A stretch of 64,000 nucleotides of DNA from Paragordius varius (GCA_964247055.1 OZ176055.1:4836001-4900000), one strand, 5' to 3'. Shown: positions 10,401 through 22,362, counted from the stretch's first letter. Made by a program: numbers and translations. Notes: generated by a model from the letters alone, not told the origin.

Positions 10401-13400
10401 ACTATTTTAACAATATTATTAAATACGATTTAAACAATATTACAAATATTTAAATTTAATATGAAAACAATTCATATTGCTTTTAATTGTCAGTTTTTCG
10501 CCAAGATCTATGCATATTATATGCACATTTTTTTCAAATACAAAAATTAGAAATAAAAATATTTTTTAAAGTAGAAAAGATGTTTTAAAAAAAATCCAAA
10601 AAATCCATTGATCCATCCTTTTTTTAGGTCCCAAGGTGTCTGGGTTACCATGCACCAACTTTCTGAACAATGTCCTATCAAATACTTGTTCAGGTTCAAT
10701 ATTGAAATGTAAGAGATCTTGAGTCAACTGTTTGGACCATGTGAGTTTAGGACGACCTTTTCTGTTTGGGCCGGGTATGTTTAAATGTGGTATTTTTTGT
10801 ACCCAGTTATCCAAATTCATACGTTGAATCCGTAATATCGCAATCGGTAGCGCTGAGTAAACAGAAATATGGGTTCTATTTCTTAGATGGTATTCTCAAA
10901 AATATTGTTGCAGATTTTTAGCATGTGATTTTCAGCTCTAATAAGCCATTTAAGTCTGTTGCTGTAAGGGCCCAGGTTTCTATAGCGTATTTCATAGCTA
11001 GATTTCTCCCATTTTTTTAAATTTTTAACTTATAATTCGATTGATATTTTTATTAGTTAAAATATATTTTGATTAATTGACTTAACCCATCATTGACTGA
11101 TTCTATGAGAAATGGCATCCCTCAAAGATCCATCAGATGCTATATAATCGCCAAGATATGAAAAAAATTTCTAGTTTTCATTGAAATTTAAAATACGAGG
11201 ATTAGCTATTGGCAGTGGTATCGATAAAATGGTTATTAATAATTTCCTTTTATAATGGAGCATTTTTTATGGACCAATTTTTGCATTTTGTGCAACAAAA
11301 TGAGTTTAGTTTTACTTCTGTGCAAAATGGTCATGAGAACTTGATGATGTTGTGCTCATCTGTGATTAGGATTTCAGTTTTCATTGTATTGATCTTAAGA
11401 CCGTGTTTTGGTAATTGATTCAACCACCTTATATATTACGAGTATTGAAATAATTTCCGCAGTAATAAAGATCGGCTGCATAGAGAATCATATGGCAATC
11501 CTTCTCTTAGTCTTTTGTGATGTAGTATAGTATGGATATAAAAAGAAGAGGGCTTAAAATACACCCCTGATGCAACCCGGTATTAATAATGATATATTCT
11601 GAATTTCTAGCAGGTGTAAGAACACATCTGATTGTGTTGGTGTAAATTAACATTCTTTAATTTATATACATCTACGTTGTTGTAGCACAGTGAATCTATT
11701 CTTAGTATTCTAGGTACTGAGTCGTAAGCCTTTTCAAGTCGACAAAGCGGTGGTATAGTTTAATATTTTTTGCTCGGTATTTATCTTGTAATTGTTAAGG
11801 AGGAATATTGGATTAATTGTGCTTTTTTCGCTGAGGCAAATTGATTGGATTAATTAAAATGAGCAGAGCTATAATTTTTCAAGCATGGTTGAAAAATATC
11901 AACCCATGCTTAAGAAGTTTAAGGGCCTGTATGAGGAACAGTTTAGTCCTTTATTTTTGAAGTGGGAAATATAATGCTTTTTTCCCAGTCTGTAGGTATT
12001 TTAATTTCAACTATTTTTTCCCAATCTGTGGGTATTTTAATTTCAACTATTATTTTGTCAAATAAATTTGTTAAAAGCATGGAAATATTGGGTATTAATT
12101 TTATGATATCAAAACATAGTTCACTAGGCGAAGCCTTGTTTGATTTTATTTGGTCTAAGGCAATTTCGATTTCTTGTATTGTGAATGTCCTTAATGGGCC
12201 ACAACAGGGATCTCTATCAGAATTTATGATGGGTATTAAAATGTTGTTGAGATTTTGTTCCATATATTTTTGCCATATGCTTTCGATTCTGGTTGTATTT
12301 GTAAATTAATATTATTATTATTATCTTTTATACATTGAATTATTGGTATATCTTTTTTGTTATTATTCTAATGTTTCATATATTTGAAAATTTTATAATC
12401 TTGGATTTTCTTTTTAAATTTATCAGCAGTTTTAGCCTTATCATTCATTAATCTTGATTCCTTTTCTACCTTTTTGTGTGTTTTTAATACTCAGCATTGT
12501 CGCATTCTCTTTTCGAATTTTTGCATTTTTTATACAAACGCGCTTTTTCTTTAAGTAATGGCTCAATTGCATCGTCCCACCACCATTTCCTTTGGAACTT
12601 ACTCTTTCTCTTACCACACCATTTCTTTCTGTTTCAATAGCATTGCTCCTTAAACTGTGCCAGGAGTTTTCAACGTTTAGATTCAATGTTTAAATCTCTG
12701 GTTTTTAGCTCTTATGTATAAATAGTCTTTGTTTAGTATTATTATTTAAAAGCCTTGAATTAAATTTGAAAGTTCATGTTAAAATATTATGATGTGAAGA
12801 ATTATAAAATGGTTAATTTACCAGATATTTTCGGTTATGTTGCCTTGTTAGGATGTAGTTTTTTATTGCCAGGAGTGTATGTTATCAATTTATTTTTGCT
12901 TTTATTAACAAAGTATCTACTAATTGTAGCCGCTGAGCTGTACAAAATTCTAGAACATTTTCCCCTTCTTTGTCCCAATTATCAAAGTTGTATCCTCCAT
13001 GTATACCAGAAAAGCCTCTGCTTCCAACATGTGCGTTTAGATCTCCTCCAATCATCGTACCGTCAGTTTCGGGATTTATGAAACATATTTGATAAAGGTC
13101 ATCTCAAAAATCCAGCTATTTATCGAACAAGCCTTTTTGGGGTGCATATACTAAAATTATATTGAGGATCGACTTGTTATATATCATTCGAGATTGAGTT
13201 AGCATATCGCTGCGTAATCTGATTAGGTTTTGTCGATGGGTCTCTTTCGTAATGGCGACCCCAGATTGTCATTTGCCACCTTGGTATAATGAATATCCAT
13301 CAAAGTTTTCATATCTGCATTTTTTATGGAGTTTATATGTTTAAACTTAAGATACGCACCGTATCTATCCATTGCTTATTTCATGTTCCAACATTCCAGG

Positions 13401-15027
13401 AGCCAATTTTAAAAGACTCCGATATAGTTGGAAGTTTTTTTTCGATTCTTGTATCCTTCATTTTTCATTGTGTTGTCCCGGTTTATTGTTTTTGAATTTT
13501 GATAATTTGTAAGTTTAGTAGCATTATCATAAATATATATGTTATCATTTTTATTAATATTATGATTTCGATTTGATATTAAGTTTTGTTAATCATTCGT
13601 GTTTATAAGTCGTTTATTCATGGTTATGCAATTGAGACAAGATTTTACCGATTATATGCCCTCATAAACCAACCCTTTCAACTCAGAGGTGAGAGTACAT
13701 TATTCGATGTACCATAGAGAATGTATAAAAAGACGACGATATTCTAAAATCGATCTCATCCGTTGGCCTTAGACAGTGTGTAAGTTTCCGGACATCACCA
13801 CGCGGAGGTGGACGTAGGATTAGATGTCTCTCCAAAAAAATAACCTATATTAAAATTGATTTATAAGTATATGGTGCAAAGATGCATTTTCAATGATAAG
13901 ATTTGAGAAAACGCAAATTTATCAAGTACCTTTACCTCACTTATAGTTATATTCATACGACCTAGTGTACGAAAACAAAATTTAGATTTTGGTTAACAAA
14001 AGAATTTAATTATTTTTTATTATTTTAACAATATCAATAGGTAGATATTTCCAGCAATTCCATATTTAGCACTTAAAATTTTTAAGCACCGTGTAATATA
14101 AGAATTATTGAGACATAAAAGTATATGTGCATTGGATAATTGATTTCACAAATCCTACCCTAATTATATACATTTAGATTAAATATAAATGTCGCGTTCT
14201 GATTAATATTTGTTGAAATGCTTAATTTTACCTTTTGAAAAGTGTCGCGCAATCCACCAGTATTGTTCAAAAATAATACCTTTAATGGTTTTAGATCTGA
14301 ACTCATTTTAAAAAGAAGCTGAAATGGATTCATTAACAACATTTTATTAGAATAATCAGCATTTATTCCTAATATTGGTATAATATTCATGCTAAAAATT
14401 GTATATAATATACCGAAAACACCATTTAATTTTTTCATAATTAGAGTACAAATTAGATCTGAAACTAAAAATATGTAATTACTCATTGGTTGCGATTAAT
14501 CTAGGTTTCACTCTATATAAACTTGAATCCAAAAAAGATCTACTTTGTAAGTTTTGAATATAAAATTCTTCTGCAAGTTTACGACTGTTGCATTCAAAAA
14601 TATTTTTATTCTATCATAAAATAAATTTTACAATAGCCAATGGTAAATTATAATTTCCATGAACTACTATTAGTTTCATGCCATTTCTTTGCAAAAAACA
14701 AAAACTAGATATTGAGTTTTTAAGCTATTATAATTTATAATGTAACTTGATATTTATCTTCGAAAATTTCGCTTGATAAATAGGCTATTGCAAAAGGTTT
14801 TTTCGTGTTTCCAAACCTTTGAAAATACCTCAACCAAAAACGCCCCTCTTTTGGGTCAGCTTCATACTTAAAATTGTATTATAGTAAACTTCCAATAAAA
14901 ATCGCTGTAAATCTGGAATGTAAGAATCATGATAATGGCGAAAACAGCACTTGTTATTATTATTAAAACGATAATAACGCATGGTATTCCATAGCCTACA
15001 TAAGACCAGTTGCTCCGATATATACAT
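7320..15027 (-). CDS. NAGS: N-acetylglutamate synthase, vertebrate-like, mitochondrial (5' part; NAT-domain exons lie left of the window)
   Basis: Hand-spliced exons: 15027-14890, 14866-14747, 14724-14632, 14610-14483, 14464-14414, 14391-14232, 9873-9769, 7419-7320. All introns are GT-AG and phases are consistent, giving 298 codons with no stop. The peptides match recalled human NAGS motifs: DLQRFLLE/DIQAFLNQ, KPFAIA/KPFAVI, FLQRNGMKLIVVHG/FLQRMDMKPLVVLG, WCFRMNIIPIL/WCLESGSIPIL, LKPLKVLFLNNTGGLRD/LRPTKIIFLNNTGGLRD, VHLPEDL/VNLPADL, DLLSCLSPESSVVIT..ELFTHRG/DVLSRLPHHSSAVIT..ELFSNKG. The Arg-rich N-terminus resembles a mitochondrial targeting peptide. Confidence 0.9.
7620..8580 (-). mobile_element. 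Decayed LINE RT/C-terminal fragment
   Basis: GLHQGFLLGPTLFNII...IYAD and IYKAAIRPIL motifs; similar to 27320-28230. Confidence 0.7.
8806..9470 (-). mobile_element. Internally deleted LINE fragment with (TGA)n tail
   Basis: catcatcatcatcat tail at ~8808; RT domain-0-like text (TGDMFKSID...DGKIP). Confidence 0.5.
9769..9873 (-). CDS. NAGS: NAGS exon 7 (IVPLVHLPEDL...AISM)
   Basis: 105 nt, cag| and |gtaaat, phase 0/0; matches VLSNVNLPADL. Confidence 0.85.
10605..13829 (-). mobile_element. Decayed RTE-like LINE in NAGS intron 6
   Basis: APE remnant (SWNVG, 13300-13400), RT remnants (11500-12260), PHD remnant (~11300), GPNRKGRPKLTW C-terminus, possible TSD tccaaaaaat at both ends. Same family as 40712-42990. 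Confidence 0.85.
13755..13829 (-). ncRNA. HDV-like ribozyme (copy 3)
   Basis: P1 AGACATC/GATGTCC (first pair mismatched), P2 GTCC/GGAT, P3 ACC/GGT, L3 TCCGCGT, GG, P4 CTTA..TAAG, J4/2 GCCAAC. Confidence 0.8.
14232..14391 (-). CDS. NAGS: NAGS exon 6 (MNIIPILG...LNNTGGLRDTFQK)
   Basis: Carries the strongest NAGS motif, FLNNTGGLRD; donor AAG|gtaaaa. Confidence 0.93.
14414..14464 (-). CDS. NAGS: NAGS exon 5 (...YEKIKWCF)
   Basis: 51 nt, phase 2/2; followed by a 22-nt intron. Confidence 0.8.
14483..14610 (-). CDS. NAGS: NAGS exon 4
   Basis: 128 nt open frame ending in phase 2; followed by an 18-nt (or 24-nt) intron. Confidence 0.8.
14632..14724 (-). CDS. NAGS: NAGS exon 3 (LKNSISSFCFLQRNGMKLIVVHG...)
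   Basis: 93 nt, phase 0/0; followed by a 21-nt intron. Confidence 0.88.
14747..14866 (-). CDS. NAGS: NAGS exon 2 (YEADPKEGRFWLRYF...KPFAIA...DKYQ)
   Basis: 120 nt, flanked by 23-nt and 22-nt GT-AG introns. Confidence 0.85.
14890..15027 (-). CDS. NAGS: NAGS exon 1 (MYISEQ...DLQRFLLE)
   Basis: ATG at 15027 with an in-frame TAA two codons upstream; phase-0 donor gtttac at 14889. Confidence 0.75.
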
Positions 15028-15348
15028 CTTTTAACACTTCATGACCTCTTCAATTTTTGTCCTAGTTGACATATTAGGGTAATGTGACCAGATAGGCTGT
15101 TTTTCACAGTACAGTACTGGATTTTCAGAAAAAATACTGCCACTGTACTGCGCCCACTTTTGTACTGCTTTTTGAAATTGAAAAAAATAATTATTTATGA
15201 ATATATATATTAATTACCTTTAATTTATTCAAAAAAATTATTTAAAATTTGATATAGTACCCTCTGTAAAAATCACCCCATAATTTTTTAGTTTTTGCGG
15301 TAAAAAAGTAAGATTGGCCTATTGGTTAATATTTTATTTTCTGCTCGA

Positions 15349-17561
15349 ACTATACATAAAATGCGGTCAACCTCGTATGATAGCCTTTCGCGCAGTGGCA
15401 CAACTATAAATCTCGGACTCTACCGTAAGATTCAGGCTAATGGCGCATTCACTCAGGGTTTCCGCAAAAAGAGGTGCCTCAAAATTTAAAACTAACAAAA
15501 TTAATTTATGATATTTTAATAAATGTTTGATCAAGTTTAGAAAATTCATTTTTTGTTAAAATTATCAAAAGAAAATTATATAAAAAATTGTTATTCCCGT
15601 AACATATTATATATAATCATATTTATAAAAATGGAAAATTCTGGCTTTGTGATCTGTTTCCGGAAAAATGGTATCCAAATATCGAAAAAATATAATCATT
15701 AATGAATGCCTCGACAATAGCTTCGCCTTTTTTTGAATTAGGCCCCAAGTTGGGGCTTACCCCGTGTAAAAAACGGGTTTTTGAAAACAGAAGTCCACAA
15801 AAATCGTGACTTTGAGATAATTTCCGGAGAAGGTATTGGACCATTTAATTTTAAATATGATTTTTGATTATTTATTTTCAATTGCGCCCAACATAGTCGG
15901 CCCGCTTTTTTAATTTAGGCCCTCTTTTTACCCGCTTCTCCCGTAAAATTCTATTTTTTAAAAAAACCAAGTCCATAAAAATAATTTTTTGATTCTTTTT
16001 TTGCCCAAGGTATGAGATCGTAAAAATTCAATAAGCATTCCACGTTTTCCTTCTTAAAAGGCAAAAATTTTAGTCAAGCGTTTCTTTGATGATAGCTGCT
16101 GGGTAAGGAGCTACCCGCTAAAAACTGATCCGTCATGAGGCTTTGTGATCTGTATCCGTAAAACCGGTAGACCCATTTAAATACAAATATAGAAAAAATA
16201 TAATCATTAAGGAATGGTCCGACAATAGCTTTGCCCTTTAATTAGGGCCCAGTTCGGGCCCACCCCGTGTAAAAATCGGTTTCTTTTGAAAACACAAGTC
16301 CACAAAAATCGTGTCTTTGAGACAATTTTCCTGGAGAACGTGTTGGACCATTCAATTTTAAATATGATTTTTGTTTACTTATTTTCAATTGCGCCGAACA
16401 TGGTCTGCTGGCTTTTTTAATTTAGGCCCTTTTACCCGCTGCCCCATAAAATGCCATTTTTTTAAAAAAAAACCAAGTCCATAAAAATAATTTTTTGATT
16501 TTCCCCCAATGTATGAGACAGTAAAAATTCAATAAGGATTCCAGGTATTCCTTGTTAAAAAGCAAAAATTTTATTTAAGCGTTTCTTTGATGATGGCTGC
16601 TGATTAAGGAGCTACCCGCGAAAAAGTGACCCATCATATCAAAATAGCGTGCTTTTGGGGATCAGGCCATATGAGTCAATAGCTGTTCAAAATATTACCT
16701 ATAACAAAGCAAAAATTTAGATCGTGCGGTTTTATAAAAGTAGCCGTTAATTAGGCCCTTCACGCTCTGAAAATGCGCCACCATAGAATGATTTTTTTAA
16801 TTTTGATGCAATTTTTCCAAAAACTAATAAGAGCATATAGAATCAATCATGATTCCAAGTATTCTCCGTATAAAGGCAAAAATTTTAATCAAGCGCTTTT
16901 TTTGTATCAGCCTCTGAGTAGGGAGCTACCTGCCAAAAACTGCGCCGCTATATAGAAATTACGTTGTTTTGGAACTATTTTAAAGAAAACTTATGCCATA
17001 TGAGCTCATTTAAAGTTCGAAATATTACCCGTAACTAGGTAGAAATTAACGTCAGGCCTTTTTTATTAGCCGTTAATTTAGGGCCATATGCCCTAATAAG
17101 CCATCATATAACGATTATTTAGTGTTGAGGTATTTTTTTGCGTAACCCTTGAGACGATGGTCTCAGCGCTTTTTCCATATAGGCCTATGGTCAGGGGTCT
17201 ACTGGTTTAAAACTGAGGCGCCATACAAAAATGGTGTGGCTTTGGAGATAATTTTCAAAAAATTTAAGAAGCCATACGAGTTCAATAAAGGCTTAAAATA
17301 TTACACAGAAAAAGGTAAAATTATAATATAGCGGTTTTTTCCGTTAGCCGTCAATTTGGGGCCTTTCCACCAGTAAACAATATATTCGTATGTATGCAAC
17401 ATTTAGAAACTCCTATGAGATCATAGCTATTGAATAATGTTTCGAAATAATCCACATATATGGATCATTTTATTGATCCCTTTTTTTCAAATAGTTCCCC
17501 CCCTTCCCCAAAAGTCCGATGGACTTCCCCGGGCTGCGTAGCAGCACGAGATTTACGCTAG
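15349..17561 (+). mobile_element. Non-autonomous Helitron-like element with internal tandem duplication
   Basis: 3' end shows a GCTGC-GTA-GCAGC hairpin (17533-17545), a spacer, then CTAG (17558-17561) followed by T. The 5' end is inferred from (A)CTATACATAAAA at ~15349 and is less certain. Confidence 0.7.
15643..16630 (+). repeat. Tandem duplication, two ~496-bp units
   Basis: Units start ggctttgtgatctgt at 15643 and 16139; a third partial copy lies at ~16870-16940. Confidence 0.9.
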
Positions 17562-17719
17562 TTTATTATATATGGCATATAATTTCGAAATAACTTTTTT
17601 TTCGTATTAAATTAAGAGTTTACGTTTTCTATACTGATTAGGTGGGAGGTATGACATTACTTAATTTTTTCCCAATTAATTTTCATTAGTATTCTTATTT
17701 TTTGCATAAACAATTGATA

Positions 17720-18310
17720 TATTTTGTTGAAGCTTACTTCTAACGTATTTGAAGCATGATGGAAACGGTATAACGCTCTAAGATATAATAAAACCCTTTT
17801 TCTTAATAAGTCGATGATGTTGAACAATCAGAATTTTAAATTTAAAGGTTTGTTTGCTTACAAATTTTGGTGAATTTTTGTAAAACAAAATTTTTACATA
17901 AATTTGAAAACGAACGAATATTTTAACCAACCTCTTTTTGGGGAATTAGCATTATCGAATTATATGTATAAAATGTATAACACCGTTTATTCGTTTTCAT
18001 CATGCTCAAAGCTTCCACAAAATCTTGCTAAAAATTATATTTTTAAAAGTATGCATTTTTTAAAAAATATATTTAGCAGTCAAAATTTAGCACATATTTA
18101 AATTGCAAAATGTTTTCGCGTTTATTTAATAGAACAGTCCATTTTAAAAGAGCCAAAAATTTGGGACTTTCAGAGCCCACATCCAAAAATTCAACCCTAA
18201 AGCTCCATGATAATTCTGATATTTTCCTATCAGAATATAATTTCATCTGGATATTTTTTTGTGGAAAGCATGAATATACCACACCGATGGTGTAAAAGCA
18301 GGCAAAGCAT
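17720..18310. repeat. Partial copy of the intron-9 foldback family
   Basis: Shares cattttaaaagagccaaaaa..gggactttc and ttgttgaagct with 55320-55830. Confidence 0.6.
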
Positions 18311-18775
18311 GTTTTAATTTTGTACTCCGTTAAAGTTCAAAATATCTAGTCACATTATATTAGGGTTATTTTATAACGCAGAGCTCATTGTAAATAAACT
18401 ACTGTTGAATATTTAGTTAAAATTTACCAGAAATATTACTTAATCAGACTGGTATCTGAGAGATAAATAGCCAATATGAGATGGATCATGGAGAAAGACA
18501 AATTTTAAGACCCATATGACGTTTATGGTATTTTCCAGGCTTTTGATTCTATACAATATATTCTTCTACTTTCATTCTTAAAAGAGCTAGAAGTTTCAAC
18601 TTATTTAATTAACAAAAATTTTCAAATTACTCAAGTTCGACTGCTATGGTTTCTAAAAATCATAGAGCTGATCCCTGCATGGTGAATGTGGGGCTATGTC
18701 AGGGTTGAGTCTAATCACCTATTTTGTTTATGGCATATCTCTAATGCATAATGAGAAACTTACTCGATACATTGG

Positions 18776-21026
18776 TAGGGTGACCAGATTTTTTGAAGGA
18801 TAAAGCGGGACAAATCTAGAAAGGGGGGGTACAACAAAAAAATTTTATAAAAAAAATTTATTGTAGTATTTTTTTATTTTTAACACAAATACATTATAAA
18901 TATAAAAAAAATAATTTATACCTTGGTATATTTTTATCTGAGTAAATGCGTTTTAGCAGATTGTCATCATTTTTTAAAATATTGTAGAAGTCTTCACAAG
19001 AATTTGTCAAATTATATTTGACAGATAAAATGGCCTTTAAAGTTTCAACATTTAAATTTGATTTTTCCGATGTCCACACCAGATTTACTGTGAAAAAACG
19101 CGCTCAGTAGCAGCGTGGTTCCAGGTAAAGATAGTGCAAATTTTACAATTTTAAAATATTATTGTATGGAACAGAGTTTGTTTCAAAATTATGAAATATT
19201 TCTAACCATTTCTTTTCTATTGTATTTTTTCTCTTGTCCATAATTTAAGTTTTTTCATTAATATATTTTTTAACTAATGATACTTCAGAAAAAGGATCAT
19301 TATTTGAAAGGTTACTTTTTGGGAATTTTTGGGAGATGCAGAGATCAAATGATTTCTAAACATCGCACCAATTAAATTCTGGTTTTGATTTATCCACTGA
19401 AAATGATCAATTTTATTAAATTGCACCGTCCAGTCCAAATAATCTTTACAGTTTGTATAAAACATTTTTATATGATCCAGGATATCTTGGCGATTTATTG
19501 GTATAAAATATTTTCTAAACTTTCTTGACATTGGAATTTTAGGTTACTAACTTCATTGGCTACTTCGATTGCCAAAGTTTTGTCGCCTTCTATCAATTTA
19601 ATTACATTTTGAAAGAGAGAAGCTTGATTATGTAGGAACTCTAACCATATTTTTGAAGAATCACTTTCAAAAAAATATCCAAAGTTGTAGGACATTTGTA
19701 CTGTGACAAAAAAATAGGATTTTAAATATTTTTTAAAAATTTTTCGATAGCTGGCATAAGAGCAAACCAACGAGTTTTACAATATCCAAGCATTTTTTGA
19801 TATTGAATTTCGCATTTTCACAGAATTCCTTAAGCATTTCAACGCTTACCGTGTATGTAAAAATAGGAATATATCTTAACAACTACATTTTCCACATCTA
19901 GGTGTACCAAATCAGCAGCTGTTTGAATAGCGTTGTGTATTAAATGCGTTGCATCCAACGTCAATAATGTTTTGATTAAGATTATCTGCTAATTTATTTA
20001 AATTATTTTTTGTTCACCTCCTTGCTTTTCCACCGAAGTTCGTATTGGTGTTTTCAGCGCAATATGCAATTTTGTCTTTTAAATTATTTTTTCTAGAACA
20101 TTCATTATTGAAGTAAAAATTATGTCGGAATTTGTACCGGGTAGAGAAATAAAATCTAAAATTTTAAATCTACTCCGGTTTCTGATCAAAATATCTTATT
20201 AAAGTAGGAAATATTTGCTTCCTGATTTGATACATCAGAGTATGTCGATATTAAATTAATTTTCAGCAAATTTTTTTGTATTTCAGAAAATGCATGTGGC
20301 GAAAGGACATTGCATACAATGGCTTCAGCCTTTGTACGGACACGAATAACCTGTGAGGTACAATCCATAGATCTAAAGGAAGTGATTAACGGCGTGAAAA
20401 GATAAAACGCCTTCGGCTAGAGACAAATTCTTTTCTTCCTCTCCAAAAGCGGTTTTTCGATAAAAATCGCTCATTTTGTAAGATGATGCCGCCATATCTA
20501 TTTTTATGTTTCTGTTTTTCTATATGCTTTTTAATATCATGCTTGCCGCCATGTGCTAGAGTGAACCCCTCGCATAAAGCATTTAACAAATAACTCATTC
20601 TTTGTTTTTTTGAGAAAAGGAAATTCTTTCATTAAATCATCGTTAAATTTACAACCTCTTTTTGTTCTCATATTTTTAAACTATTAGTGTATAAAAATAT
20701 TATATTACCTTAATTTTCTGGAGTAAACGTATAAGCTACCGATTTGTGGTATTAATTTTTTTTTTGATAATTTTAGCAGCAGGATTAGGAAAAGTGTATA
20801 ATCATATGATATAAATTCGAAAAAAAATATTTTTAATTTAAAAATAAAAAATTTTAATTAAAATTGATATAGATTTAAAGATAATATTGATGATAAAAAA
20901 TTTAAACGTATAAAAACAGTGTATTTAAAAAGATTTTTTTTATACAATCGTGAAAAAGCGGGACATTTTTAAAACGCAGCGGGACGCGGGACAAAGTGTG
21001 AAAAAGCGGGACGTCTGGTTAACCTA
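18776..21026 (-). mobile_element. hAT (Blackjack-like) DNA transposon with frameshifted transposase
   Basis: Termini TAGGGTGACCAG...CTGGTTAACCTA; subterminal GCGGGAC repeats; C-terminal dimerisation text (ERVFS..WTSEKSNLNVETLKAIL). No clean TSD. Confidence 0.85.
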
Positions 21027-22190
21027 TTAGGAGCCTTTTTGCTAATGGAATGGGCATACATATTATTTTTAATTGATTAATAATTTGAAATAAATTTATG
21101 AAGAAAACTCTTTACATGTTTAATGATAACCTTTAGCGTTTATGAATTTATAATAAAGATTTGACAATTATAAACATTCATATTTAATTAGATAAAAATA
21201 TACCTTCATTTACTTTAAGATATTTTTGTCAATTAAATTTTAAAGCGATAATCATTTTTTCATCAACTTAGGAATAAATATAACATAGTGTGCAACAAAT
21301 TTCCTTATGATATCACACCCAGCATCTTTATATGAGCGTTGTGACATCATAAAAAAGTACAATGATAAAAAAATTGACAATGTAGAAAAAAATTCCCACT
21401 TTTTCCACATATGGTTATAATCGGAAAATATCAAATTTGCATAATGCGTTATCAAAGATATTAAAAATTATATATGATATAAAGAATATTGATTAAATAT
21501 TGTTTAAAAATTTGGCAAAATATGAATAGATATATTTTGAATAAATATCAATTAAGTTAATTTAAATTTAGCCCTTATATTAGCAACATAAAAAATATTC
21601 AAAGCAAAATAAAATTAAAAACAAATTTTTTTATATTAATTTTTGTATTAGCATTCTAGGGTATAATTTTTTACATGAAGAGTTCACATAAGAGGATTTC
21701 GAAATCTTTTGCAGAATAAAACTGTCAAGTTAGACCGAAGTTGTTTCACCCCTGTTGATAGTAATATTATATTTTTGTGGCAAAGCATGATACTGAAAAC
21801 GAGAAATATTTTGCTACCTACTTTTAATTACTTCCACCCTTACGGGGAAAAGGCTTACCCTATTTTTCGGTCAAGGCTATTTTGTAAAATTTCTGAAACA
21901 TTGGGTTATTTTCATTATTAAGATAACAATATTACAATACATGAAAAAAATGAAGCAATTATACAATATTGATTATGTTCTGCTGCATTGCAATTATTAT
22001 ATATTATATATATATATTTATTTACGACCCATAATATTAAAATAGTTACTACTTACTACAGTTACATGTTTTAATGGCTTTTTAACCGCATTCCTTAAAT
22101 TTAGAAATGTTATAAAATATCTTTAGGTTAGGTCCCTATTTATTCTTGAAAAATTCTTGAAAGAGACAGTTTATGGCTCAAACTTTAAAT

Positions 22191-22362
22191 CAGTGTTAGT
22201 AAAACTGCCGCCCTAAAGTTCGTTTTTATGGCCCTGAATTATTATTTAAATTTTGTGATATAATCATATTAGTATAAAATGCAAGTTTTTATAGAAATAT
22301 GTTTCAGTTCTTGAGACAAGATATTTTTTGCGCCCCTTAAAAATTTTTGTTGAGTACCATTG
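22191..22362. mobile_element. Short hAT MITE
   Basis: CAGTG...GAGTACCATTG termini; TSD CTTTAAAT/GTTTAAAT (7 of 8 match). A relative ends at 54305. Confidence 0.7.

Noticed and set aside
11990-12050. 36-bp duplication giving IVEIKIPTDWEK twice
   Set aside because: A post-insertion duplication in a dead LINE RT; no functional implication.
14160-14486. 108-aa ORF as a stand-alone gene
   Set aside because: Only 14391-14232 is real coding sequence (NAGS exon 6). The rest is read-through of tiny introns and of exon 5 in another frame.
18631-18633. Possible stop-codon reassignment or selenocysteine at the TGA before a GT-AG segment
   Set aside because: SRP54 and NAGS use TGG for Trp and need no read-through, and I saw no SECIS.
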